From Squalus acanthias (Eukaryota), in the NCBI GenBank assembly GCA_030390025.1, contig CM059431.1, positions 123,568,001-123,632,000 on the forward strand: a stretch of 64,000 nucleotides of DNA, read 5' to 3'. Position numbers and translations under genes: made by a program. Below the pieces are notes generated by a model that had not been told where the DNA came from, did not search any database, and worked only from the letters and a program-made list of their open reading frames with translations. The first letter of the stretch is position 1. Each line of letters starts with the position of its first letter. Of this stretch, positions 51,671 to 63,635 are shown one piece after another.

Positions 51671-54600
51671 GCAGGCTGTGTCTGTGTGCCCTGCGGTCCT
51701 ACCCAGGGCTGCGAGTCCCCACTCGCAGTTTTGGCCCCTGTGATAGGCCCCTGTGCACCCGGTTTATACAACTTGCACTGGTTAATGTGGAACTATTTCG
51801 TGCGCCGGGGTACCTTCACGGCGTACACCATGGGACTCGCCGTATCTACAATACTGTAGGGTCCCATATACAACGGTTCCAAACTCCCTACTCTGGCATA
51901 TTTCCTAACCATGACCTGATCTCCTACTTCCCACTCCTGCTTCTTGCGGGGTTCCAGCAACAGGCGATTGCCCTGGTGCTGTCTTCCCATGTGCCCAGCC
52001 GCCTGCTCGTAAACCTGCTTCAGGCGTTCCAAGAGGGTCTGGACAAACTTGTCCCGTTTCACCTCTTGGAGCTGTACCTCAGTGAGCACCGGGGCTAGTA
52101 CATGGGTGGGGGTTCGCATGATCCACCCAGTCATCACCTCGTACGGGGAATACCCCGTACTCTTCGACTGACTGGCCCGGATCCCCATGAGGACTAGAGG
52201 CAGAACCTCCGCCCATTTTTGGGGCGAGTTCATAGTCTCTTTCCTCAGTTTCTCCTTGAGGGTCCGGTTCATGCGTTCAACAATCCCTGATGACTGGGGA
52301 TTGTGCGCTACGTGCCACTTCCCTTCAATGCCCAAAAGCATGAGGGTGTTCTGCATCACCTGGCCGGTGAAATGACTCCCTTGGTCTGACTCCACGAAAC
52401 GGGGGAGTCTCCAATGCGAGAACACTTCCCGGACCAAGATCTTGGCAGTACCCAGTGCCGTAGCTGTTCTACAGGGGAAGGCTTCTACCCATTTGGAAAA
52501 CAGATCCACCAAGACGAGGCAGTATTTGTAGCCTCCCTGGGTGGTAGGCAGGGGCCCTATGTAATCGATCTGTATCGACTGCCATGGTCCCTCCACCCTC
52601 CTGATGTGCCCCATGTGCACTTTCCTTTTCTGGGGGTCTGGGTTGTTTGCAACGCACACAAGACAGTTTGCACAGAACTTGCAGACCTGCTCCCTGAGTC
52701 CCGGCCACCATCCCGCCTGCTCTACCCGTTGCCAGGTAACCTCGGGCCCGGGATGCCCTGCCCCCGGCCTCTCATGAGCCAACTGGAGGAATTCCCTCCT
52801 GTGCTGCTGCGGCACAACCCACTGTTCCTCGCGGAACAGCATGCCTTCTTTAACGGAGCGGGTTGCCGTACTGTACGGGCCCTCTACCTGCTTGCCCTCA
52901 GTAATCGTTCTGAGAACTGCTTTTAGGGCGGGATCCTGGTTCTGGACGGTCTTAAGGTCTAGGGGCAGTGCTACCCTGGTGTTCCCGGGATTCCCTTCCC
53001 TGCCTTGGATCGCTGCCACGGGTCCGGGTCCATAGGGGTCCCAGAAAATGCCGTTACGGGCACCCTCCCTGGCTAGCGCATCCGCCTGCTGGTTGCCCTC
53101 CCCGCGGGGCTCTGTGGAGGAGTGAGCCTTCACCTTATGGATGAAAATCTCCCCTTCCTCCCCTACTGCTGCTAGGATCTTTTCCAGCAAGGGCTTCACC
53201 GTTAAAGGTCGCCTGTCCGCGGAGGTGTAGCCACGGCGGGACCAAATGGCCAGGTATTCCGTACACGAATTGCACGTAAACATACTGTCCGAACAAATCG
53301 TGTATGGGGTTGGGAAGATTTCTGGGTGGGTAACGACGTACGCCACCGCAGACAGCTCAGCCTGCTGCGCGCTCATGGTGCTGGGGAGTTTAATTGCCAG
53401 GGCAAGGTTTGCTGCAGGGTCATAAACTCCACACCCTGTGAGTCGTTCGCCAGCGGACACTGTGCTGGAACCATCAACATAAATCTCGCGACCTGTGGGA
53501 TGTTTCCCGGCCCGCAATCCTATGTTGACCTCCCACACCCCTTCCACCGAACACTGGTGGGCTGTTCCGGGGTATACCAAGTTGGCCGCGAGCTTGGGCT
53601 CGCAAAGACCTTTAACCCTAAGATCCATCTGGGAAAGGAGAATTGTCCAGCGCGCAATGCGAGCGCTGCTTACGGTCCCATCCTTAATCCTCCCATCTAG
53701 AAGCATCTTAGTTGGCGTGTGATGGGTGAGGAGAGTGATGGGAGAGAGCCCTGTGAAGATCGCTGATCTTTTCACAGCCAATGCGTGGCTAAGAGATGCC
53801 TTTCGCAATTGGAAAAACTCCTCTCCACATCCGTTAACACCCTGGCCGAATAGACAACCGGCCTCAGCTTGCCGTGACGCTCTTGGAGCAGCACAGCGCT
53901 CAAGCTGTCTCCGCTGGCAGCTACCTCCAGGAAAAACTCCTTCCCCCCATCTATGGCCCCTGAAGCTGGCGCGGTTTGCAGATCCCTTTTTAACTTCTCG
54001 AATGCTGCCTGACAACCCTCGTCCCAAGACCACTCCACTCCCTTATGGAGGAGTCGGAGCAGCGGAGCTGCTGTGGCCGCACAGTCCTCGATGAAGTCTC
54101 TACAGTAACCGGTCAGTCCCAGAAAGGACCTCACACCCGTTATGGTGTTGGGAATCGGTAACTCCTGCACCGACTCCCTCCTAGCCTTATCTATGGCTCT
54201 TTCCCCAGCGCGAATGGTCAGACCCAGGAATTTTACTTCCTGCTGACCGATACGTGCTTTCTTAGGTTTAACTTTAAATCCCTTTCTCCCTAGCAGCTCC
54301 AATAACTCGGCTAGCAGTGGTCCATGCTCCTCCCTTGAGTCCGTGAACAGGAGCAAATCATCCACGTACTGCACTATCTGATTGGGCTGACTAAACTCCT
54401 TTAAACTTCCTGCCATACACTGATGGAAAATACTGGGGCTGTTGTGGAAACCCTGTGGCAAACAGTTCCATGTGTACTGTTGTCCTTTGAAAGTAAAGGC
54501 AAACTTGTACTGGTCCTCTCGCCGCAGCGGGATGGACCAAAAACCGTTCGAGATATCCAGCACCGTGACCGTGGTCGCGGACGCTGGGATACTCCCTATT

Positions 54601-55433
54601 AGGTCAGCAACTGATGCTACTGTGGACGCGCAGGCGGGGATGTTACTGTTAAGGACTCTGTAGTCCACCGTGGCCCTCCACGAATTATCCGGCTTCCTCA
54701 CCGGCCATAATGGGGAATTCACGTGTGTGGCTATCGGCCTCAACACGCCCTGCTGCACCAATGAGGACATTGCTGTCTCCATATCGGGTTCTGCTTCTTT
54801 GGGGAAGTTATACTGCTTTTGGGGCCGGGTCATGGGGTTCCCGTCTACGCTGACCTCAAATCCGGTAACCCTCCCACAATCGTGCTTGTGGTTTGCAAAC
54901 GCGTGCATATTATCTGACACGTACGCTTGCATGTCCGTTGGGACATCCGCGACCATAAGCCCGAGGTCGTAACCTCCGGATGGCTTCATGGTACACAGGG
55001 CCCCTTTACCTTCCTTCCCCGGGATTACAACTACCTTGCCTTTCCCACCCTTGGCTCCCCAGAGACAGTGATTCCTAAGGTCCACGAGGATCCCTTGTTC
55101 CGATAGGAGATCCGATCTGAGGATACTTCTGCCACCCCCCTCTTGCCATTTCATCAGTATGCACTTCCATGTGGTGTGGAGTGCTCCTAAATGAATGGAG
55201 AGCGGAATGGAGAATGCGCCAGCCTGCTCTTTTCCCGTGAACCCCGCTAATGCGAATGGAACCTTGGTAGACAGTGGTGAGTCAAAGGGGCTATCCGAAT
55301 GAATCACGGTGCATGAAGCTCCCGTGTCCAACAAATAACTACCCTTCTGCTTCTCTACCTCCATCTCTACCAGGGGTCTTTTCCACGCATCATAGCTGAG
55401 CGGACACAGGTAAACAGGCTGCGCGGGCTCTAG
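51667..55433 (-). pseudogene. pol: pol (PR-RT-degenerate RNase H tether-RNase H-IN). One frameshift at ~53780 and one stop at 51793.
   Basis: LLDTGA, LPQG, YVDD, FLEVAAS tether, YVDGS/AQQAEL/SDS/GNQQAD RNase H, HHCC, IDY/SDQG/VERMN DDE, GPY. The frame continues past the TAG as FHINQCK. Confidence 0.93.
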
Positions 55434-57257
55434 TCATTGGGTACCGGTGGACGGGGTTGTGGCATCTGTGGGGCCGGTAGCGACTGCCACCCTCCCTTGC
55501 AAAATCATAAGGGACCGCATTGCTCCCAACATTGATTCTATCGCATCGGGATGGATAGGCACACCGGCTACTTTCTCAGAGACAGGCGCTTGGGTTCGGG
55601 CTGCGGGAGTTTTAATCCTGGGGTCCTTCCAGGGGTTCCTGCAGTTTTTATGCCAGTGACCTGTCTTCCCGCACTCGTAGCAAACACCACTGGTTTGTGG
55701 GGCGCGATTACCCTCCTGATGCCACTCTTTCTGAGCCGGGGCTGCGGGCCGTGCCTCATGCACCTTTCCCTTAAGGGGATGCGCTCCCGTGCTCCTAGTG
55801 TTCCGATACCCTATGGTGAGTCGATTTAGGACCGACTCCTCTGTTGTGGCGGGGTTAGTGGGATCAAACCACGCTTTGGCCTGCTCCCTGATGGCTGGCA
55901 AGCTGTTGGCTACTAAACACCTGAGCCAATGAGCTTTCCCGGCGCCGTTCAGAAAGGCGCACGCTGGCGCACCTGGGCAGCTACGTTGGTATACTGGCCA
56001 CAGTCTGTCGGCGAAAACCTTCGGGGGTTCTCCCTCCATCTGTATGGTTTGACTCAATCTGACGAACGGACCTTCGTCATCTGCCCCTAACACTTCTAGG
56101 ACCTCGTCCCGTAACTCCTCATAGGTTTTATTTCCCTTCTTGCTCTCGTCTGAGAGACACTGGAGGATGGAGCTATCTAGCGAGAACAGCAACATTTTGG
56201 TCTTTTCCTCATCGTCGCAGCCATTAATTGCTGCGGTCTGTTCTACCTCCCTAAAGTGTATGGAAGGGTCGTCTGACTCAGACAGCTTCCGTACATGGCT
56301 AATCATTGCTCTCAGCTGGTGTGAGCTGTGAGGCAATACAAGCTGGTTCAGGACATCCCCCTCATCCCCATTGGCTGCGTTCGGGCCTCTCTTGTGACCT
56401 CAGAGCGGACACATCGGTCCCGGGCTCGACTCTACCTCCGGGGATTGTCCTACCTCGGGGACCTCCTTCTCTATTTCCACCACTTCCTCCCTTACCCAGG
56501 TTGCCGAATAGCTGGGTGGCGCGGAGGGCACAGTGGCAAATACCTCCTCTGCTTTGTCTGGTAGGGATTTGGGGAATTCCCTACCCACCTGTGGCTGGTT
56601 TGCTGACAGGCTGATGAGGCACACCAAGCCGTTTGCCTTATTCAGGGCCTCTCTTAGGTTCCCTATCTCCTTCTGGCAAACACTGTGGTCGGCTCCCTCA
56701 GGCCTATCCTCGAGGGCCATCTTATATGCCGCCCTAACTCCCTTCAAGCTTTCTTCCTGGGCTTTTATCTGGTTAGCTAGGCGGGCACACCGTTCTCTAA
56801 TCCTACCCTCGTTTAATTTTGCTTCCGTGACCTGACATTCGAGGGAATCAATTTTAGCCTCATGGTGGTTGGCTACTATTTGGCGTTTGTGATGTAACGC
56901 ATTCAATGATGCAATGAGTTTTTGTCCTCCAGTGATCTTTTCCTCCATCTCTACCTCCAGTTCCCTGATCTGAGCTGCCTGTGCCACAATGACCTGGTCC
57001 GAAAGTTGGACTTGCTTCTTGTAGCACATCAGCCAGACCGCTTTCTCTACTGACTTCTTATGCTCTTTACTGCCTGTCCATTTGATGGCGGCGTCTAGCG
57101 GACGCTTATCCATCAGTAGGTCACTTATCCACCTTTTGGTTAAGTTAACCTTCCCAAACACATAGTCGGCTACCCTCTCATCCATCACATTTCGCCTATT
57201 CAAACCAGGGTCTAAAACATTACTCTCCTGCTGCCAATGTCCTGCCACGGTCGCCAT
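55434..57257 (-). pseudogene. gag: gag with coiled coil, late domains, capsid-like region and CCHC knuckle. One in-frame TGA at 56400.
   Basis: ORFs 56400-57395 and 55434-56336 share a frame. CYECGKTGHWHKNC and PSAPPSY motifs. Confidence 0.88.
57239..57256 (-). promoter_or_regulatory. Primer binding site, tRNA-Arg(TCG)-like
   Basis: TGGCGACCGTGGCAGGAC, 5 nt after the 5' LTR, complementary to the vertebrate tRNA-Arg 3' end GTCCTGCCGCGGTCGCCA with one G:U pair (recalled, not searched). Confidence 0.8.
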
Positions 57258-57261
57258 TTTC

Positions 57262-58941
57262 TGTAAGGGTTTCGTGTGCCTGTGTCTCAGAGACGGTGCT
57301 GGTGCGGGGTTAGGCCTTCGTTGCCAAATACTATTGCTTGCTCTGGTCTCCGGCCAGCCTTTTTGCAATAAGCACCTGTGAGTGGTTCGACCCACTCGCC
57401 CTTACGGTTCTAACACTGGACTTAGGTGCGAGAGCAGTAATGCAGAGAAAACTCAAATAGACCCGGTTGAATAGTACGAAATGGAAATCTTTATTGCATA
57501 GCGTCCAAAATCATGAAGTACATGTCATAGGCGCAAGCAATAGTATTAGGCAACGAAGGCCTAACCTCGCACCAGCACCATCTGCGATACAAGCAGGCGA
57601 CAGAACCCCTTACAGAGTACGAGTATACATACATTCATAAAGCTTGGTCTATGGAAATGAAGAACGCACGGCACATCGTAAAAAGGGGAACACATTATAC
57701 CTTAACCTTAATAAAAACCACCCTCCCTTATCAATACCTACACTACGTCTAGATTTGTAGGATTGGGAAACATGCTCACCACTCGTGTTACTTCGGAGAA
57801 TTTTAAAGTGAGGCACTCGGCTCGTTTCGCTGCAGCGCCTGACTGTCACGTGTTTGGAAGGGTCTCTGTACCCCACTTGTTTATCTTCGCTGCTGCGACA
57901 AACAGGCCAGGCTCCCTGTTGTCATGAAGAAGTCGATGGACCCAAACCGGATCGTGCAGTAACCCGTAGAATTAAAAAAAAAATGAGTTCTGTATTTATA
58001 TTTTCGGGCGCGGTCGGGGTTTACTGACCGTTGCGGCACGTGGATTCTTCTTCTTTTCTTGTCGTTTCGTCTTGTCTTTTCGGGTCCAGACACCATTTAC
58101 CGACTCTCGGGATGGTGCACCCGGTCACTTGCCCTCGTCGGGGCGGCTCGTTCCGTTTGAGCTCCACCCAACATTCGAATAACCTTCCAGTGCGGCTAAA
58201 AGTCAAGAGTCAACAGAGTCCAGCCTTAAAGAAGAGCTTCAGCCCGCGGTCGAGCGAGTCAAGAGAATAAGTTCAGCAGTCTGCAGCAAGATAAGAGAGC
58301 GATGGACATTTGTTCACTATAGTTATAGTGCTGTGTTCCCTTATCTCCCGCTCAAATCTTAATGTTTGTCCTTTGTGTAATATTGGCGCTCAAAACTCCC
58401 AGCGTGGGGCGATTCTTCCCTTTAACGGGTTTCGGTAGCACCTGAAACTGGCCAACTACCCGTTAATGTTTCCCCCATTGTTGGCCCAGCCAGGATTGTA
58501 TGAATCATCTCCCTGACTGGTTTTGGGGGCCCCCGAATACTTGCTTAATCACCCGTCAATGTCTCTCTCATTGTAGAGCCGTGGGGGTATTTATGTATTG
58601 ATGTGTCTGGATGGGCCTTCGATTGCCCAGTACAATGGTCCTTACTTGTGCATGGAAAACGATTCCAGCACTTATATCTTTGCTATTGTTTCAAATGCAA
58701 ACAGGTTGCATCCTGTCTTTATCAGTGTTTACCGAGTATGATCCAATCTTATATTGAATGTTTATTCGACGCCATCTTGTCTGCCCACTGTATTTCTGGA
58801 AGCTTCTGCCACGATGCGCGGCGGCCATTTTTCAGGCTTCTGTGTCCTTTATATCATGACAGCATTTTGTTTAATAAAACTGATCAAACGAATCTGCTTC
58901 TATCTTGTTATTTTGAATCGCGATAATTGCGAAACTTTACA
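57262..58941 (-). repeat. 5' LTR with an ~80-bp remnant (57533-57614) of the inverted nested LTR
   Basis: TGTAAAG...CCCTTACA on minus. The remnant ends CCCCTTACA|GAGT exactly as at 46587. Confidence 0.93.
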
Positions 58942-59039
58942 TCACCCACCTTCCTACTTTCCTTTCCTGCAGATCCCCCACAGCATTGGGGGCTGGGGGT
59001 GGGGGCTAGAGAAGGAGGGAGATGCTATTGAGGAGGAGT

Positions 59040-59431
59040 CCAAAAGCCATGGGTGTAAGCCCCACTCCAAAGACATAAGCACATAATCTAGGTTGATACT
59101 TTAGTGCAGTACTGAGGCACTTTTTTTTGAAGAGATGTTGAACCTCAGAGGTGGATGTAAAAAGATCCCAACCATCATTATTTGCAGAAGAGCAAGGAAG
59201 TTCTCCCCAAGTCCTGGCAACCATTTGTTCCTCAACCAACACCACTAAAACAGATTTTCTGATCATTTGTCTCATTGCTGTTTGTGGGACCTTGCTGTGC
59301 ATAAATTAGCAGTCACATTTGCCGACAGTATAACAGTGACTATACTTCAAAAAAAGCAAATTATTGACTGTGAATCACTTTGGTACATCCTCAAGACATC
59401 AAATGTGTTATATAAATGCATGTTCTTTTTC
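59040..59431 (+). mobile_element. Deu-domain SINE, degraded
   Basis: GGTGGATGTAAAAGATCCCA core and ATAAATGCA tail. Confidence 0.7.
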
Positions 59432-60235
59432 TTAAACATTTGAAGCTTCGGAAGATACAAGGTTTTCAGGTGAGAGCATAGTAGTGTGATTAGTTTTGGA
59501 TTGTTCTAGCAAAGAGCTGGTACAGATATAATGGGACAAATCTCCTCCTGTGCTCTAATCATCTTTGGTTCTATTATACATTAGCCCACATTCGCTTGAT
59601 TTCATAGAATACAAATAAACCTCTGGAGTCAGCATAATGGCTTTGCAATTGTTTTACTGGGACAGAAAGAGTTGGATTATTGTCTGTCTAATTGATTTAT
59701 CAACACATTTGCCCTAGCATTCATAAGTGATTGGGTTAATGAATGCCTATTTCAGAAGGTAATGGGAGTAATCAACTTTTATTAGCAAAGGTTAAGCTTG
59801 AAATACCTCTGAGTCCCTGTTTCGTACAAGCATAATATTCACTTCACATGGTACAATGCAAACTTGCATTTTGTATATGTTTATCTTTTCTAAATTGTCG
59901 AGGCAATTACAGCCGTGGTTGACAGATTTATTCATAATATTGGCGTGCATCAATATATGGAAACCATTCCATGAAGAGTGATGGTTCTGGCTGTGAGAAT
60001 TTTCATGAGTTTTATAGTTTCCCCAGAAGAATTCAAATGATAGACCTGAACACGCATGCTGGAAGAGGCATAATTATTCACAATCACTTACTTATCAAAT
60101 ATTTGTTCTAACACAGTTGAATCTTTTGATGGCTTTCTAATATTTGATTAATATATCACTGGCCTCTTTAAAGTAATAATAATGTGTAATTTTTACTAGA
60201 TGTACTGTGTGCCTTCTTTGTGGTGTAAATTAATG

Positions 60236-60605
60236 ACATAAGAACATAAGAAATAAGAGCAGGAGTAGGCCATACAGCCCCTCGAGCCTGTTCCGCCATT
60301 CAATAAGATCATGGCTGATCATTGACCTCAACTCCACTTTCCCGCCCCATCTCCATATCCCTTGATTTCCTCATGAGTCCAAAAATCTATTTATCTCAGC
60401 CTTGAATATACTCAAAGACTCAGCATTCACAGCCCTCTGGGGCAGGGAATTCCAAAGATTCGCAACCCTCTGAGTGAAGAAATTCCTCCTCATCTCAGTC
60501 TTAAATGGCCTACCCCATATCCTGAGACTATGTCCCCTAGTTCTAGACACTCCAGCCAGGGGAAACAACCTCTCAGCATCTACCCTGTCAATCCCCTTCA
60601 GAATT
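60236..60605 (-). mobile_element. CR1 3' fragment
   Basis: SRTRGHSLRI..FFTQRVANLWNSLP and CATAAGAA tail. Confidence 0.88.
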
Positions 60606-61228
60606 AGTTCCTTATTTTATGTTTTAATGTTCAACTTTCTGAAAGTTGGTGGGGTTTAGTTTATGAATTATTATTTTTTGCTGTTATCCAGCTAATCACA
60701 GCTTTTACCAAATTATTATACTGTTACTATCTGGTAAATCTTAAATTGAAATAATTGTGTTCTGGATTATGCATTGGATTCCATATGACTGCACTCAGAT
60801 CTATTCAGATTTAGGTTTTATTTTCCCCACAAAATTGTATAGTTATTGCTTCTGTTAAACCCAGTGTTCAGTTAAGCTATGGAGAGGGGATATGATTGAC
60901 TCTTAACATCTAATCAAGGGCTCAGGGGAATAGGAATGGTTGCTAGGCACTACAGCCCTCAAAAGGAGGAAGAGTACAATAAGCTGAAGTCTGCATGAAG
61001 ACAAGATAATAAGGCTGCTTTCTGCTGACAACATTTAGTCTGAGGGATGTAAGAAAACAGAATTTTTACTATTTAATTCATATGAGAAAACTAGTGTCTG
61101 ATGTACCACACTAACGGACGTACTAGGAGTCGTTTAAATGCATTCTGCCCGATACAGATTAACATATGAAGTAATTGTATAGCATACAAATTGAACATGC
61201 TTTTTCATAGTTAGCATTCAAAGATAAT

Positions 61229-63279
61229 GGGGGGAATTTTAATCCCCCGAGAGGGGCTGTGAGGGGCTTAAATTCTTAAAAAGGCAAACCGAACCCCAAC
61301 CCGCCGCGAACGCGCCTACTTCCGGTTTAACCGGGACGGAGTGTAGGCTTCGCAAAATCCCCCAGAAACTCGAACAGAACCCTAAAGGGAGTGACTTTTG
61401 GACCTTTCATACAAACTTGGGATGATAGGACCTAAGTGAAGTGATTTGAGGTAAAAACCTCAGTTTTGGACATTTTAGAGATCAGGGAAGAAAAAACCCT
61501 GAGGAAAATGACTTTTGTATCTTACTGTTGGGAAAGACACCTTTCACAGACACAGACAGGCTGCGGAGGGGCATGGCCAGGCAATGGACAGCTTTGGGTA
61601 TTGGGGCCCATTCAAGCTGTCTGGGATTTGTTTACACTGCATTCCTACCAAGGAGGAAGAGACAAACCCAAAGCATCACACACACATCGAAATATGAATA
61701 ATCCAAAACCTCTTTTGAAATTCCCAGGCCCAAACAGGATACCAGAAGCCTGAAATCAATAAAACATTTAGTACCCCGATTACTTCATCAAAAACCAATC
61801 AACCAGGTATCCACAGGGACAGATTTACAAGCCTGCCAAAAAACCTAGGACAATAGGGACAAGATTTGGCGTGCAGATAAAGGCGCTGCCTAAATGGGAA
61901 ACATCGGTAGCCATCAGGACATGTTTAACACCAAGTTAAAGCCATCAAAACTGACAAGCCCGCCAAAACTAAGACAATGGAATAAACAGGGCTCATTTGA
62001 AATCTAAAGGAAACCGATTTAGTAAGGGGTTTTGGGCGCGAAAAGGACAAAGGGGCTGAACAGTATAATTGGGGACCTATTCCCCCAAGACTCTCTCTCT
62101 CTCTCTCTCTCTGGACTCTCTGACAATGCTCTCAACGCTCGCACAGCTCTCTCTCAGCTCTGTTCCAGCAAGACACCACAAGCCACGAGCAGTAGGAGGA
62201 AAGAAGGCCAACAACTTCACAAGCAGACCAACAAGCAAGAAGAAACCAGAGCGACTGCCTCAGTGACCATCGGACACCTCGCGGCAACAAGGGCCTTACG
62301 AAACCTTTTACTCAAAAGACTCTAAACCCTAACTCTCAACTGTCAAGGATTTGTTTGGTGAGCATTATCCCTGATCTCCTGAAACCAAAACCTAGCTAGA
62401 TAGTGGGATTTTTGGGAGGGATATGTTTTTTTTTGTATATTGTCATTCTACCTCGCCTGTACCGTGTGTTCCCCAACCTGTGTTTAAGTGTTAAGTGTGT
62501 TTTAAGTTTGTTACCTTTTTCTTTTAATAAAGTCAAAATTCTTTCATCAGAACCTGTTGTCTACTGCATCTTTGTTCACAACCCCTAAATAAGTCCAAAG
62601 TCTAGAACCAGGGGTGTGGGAGCGATTCAAACCGCTCACTGAGTCAGAGGTGAAGGCTGACCCCACACACCACCCCCTACAGGTTGGTGGTCAGGCGAGT
62701 AACCTAGTCTCAAGAGGCGGGTCAGGAATTATAATATTTAAATGAGTCTGCGTGCCTCATATTTCAGCAGCCATGTGGATTTAACTGCTGCAGGCTGGGT
62801 TTCCCAGGGCTTGGAAATCCAGCAGTTGAAGGGAGGTGAGAACTGCCGGATCAAGCAGGTAAGTGCTTTGTCAGCATTACTTGTGGACCAGGAGGAGCAG
62901 GAGTGCTTCCCCCCGGCCGCTCAAGCTTACCTGCAATGGTCCGTCTCCCTCCCGGCAATCCGATCTTCGCCCCCCACACCCACCCCACCCGCCCCCCAAG
63001 ATCCTATACTTGCCCGCAATCTCTGCCCCGCGATCTCTTTCTCCCCACGATCCCCTCCCCTGCTATACCTGGCTTCCGTCTTCACCGCAGGCCTTCCCAT
63101 CTGACAGCCGACCAGCTTCTAAATCTGGCTGGCTGCCAGGCGGGAAAAGGAGAAAAGAAATTCAAATGTGGCCCTGTTGTTAAATTCATCAGGACCTCCG
63201 CTTTCCCCGTACTTCCAGGTTTCCTCGCTGCTAAAGTTGCTCGTGCTCCCTCCCCCACCTTCTTGTAAATATTGGGGCC
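61229..63279. mobile_element. Probable Harbinger-type MITE interrupted by LTR-c
   Basis: Degenerate TIRs GGGGGGAATTTT and AAATATTGGGGCC with GC-rich subterminal motifs. Confidence 0.5.
61342..62681 (+). mobile_element. Solo LTR-c
   Basis: TGTAGG...CCCTACA termini, AATAAA at ~62526, 3' half strongly similar to 30630-31977. TSD not clean. Confidence 0.82.
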
Positions 63280-63344
63280 ATATTCTACAGAGGCTCTGCT
63301 ACACGGCCAATCTACTTTTTGACAAATGTATAGCATACAATCTT

Positions 63345-63635
63345 ACATAGGATTACATTGGATATACGGCACAGAAACAGGCCATTCGGCTCAACCAGTC
63401 CATGCCGGCGTTTATGCTCCACACGAGCCTCCTCCCGTCTTTCCTCATCTAAATCTATCAGCATAACCCTCTAATCCCTTTTCCCTCATATGCTTGTCTA
63501 GCCTCCCCTTAAATGCATCTATACTATTCGCTTCAACCACTCCCTGTGGTAGCGAGTTCCACATTCTCACCACTCTTTGGGTAAAGAAGTTTCTTCTGAA
63601 TTCCATATTGGATTTCTTGGTGACTATCTTATATT
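63345..63635 (-). mobile_element. CR1 3' fragment
   Basis: GCACAGAAACAGGCCATTCGGC tail stem and GAGTTCCACATTCTCACCACTCT (WNSL region). Confidence 0.8.

Larger units (their letters stand above)
44599..58941 (-). mobile_element. Complete endogenous provirus, lokiretrovirus-like (LTR-PBS-gag-pol-env-LTR)
   Basis: TG..CA LTRs at both ends, TSD TCAC at 44595-44598 and 58942-58945, PBS, CCHC gag, PR-RT-tether-RH-IN pol and F-like env. Confidence 0.9.

Noticed and set aside
51066..52098. Plus-strand ORFs antisense to pol and its tail (173 and 261 aa)
   Set aside because: GC-rich antisense shadows with non-ATG starts and no motifs.
56400..56402. Internal gag TGA as a programmed readthrough site
   Set aside because: Context TGA-GGT is not leaky. 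A point mutation such as CGA to TGA is simpler.
57258..57395. N-terminal 46 aa of the called 331-aa ORF
   Set aside because: It starts at a GTG inside U5 of the LTR and is not part of gag.
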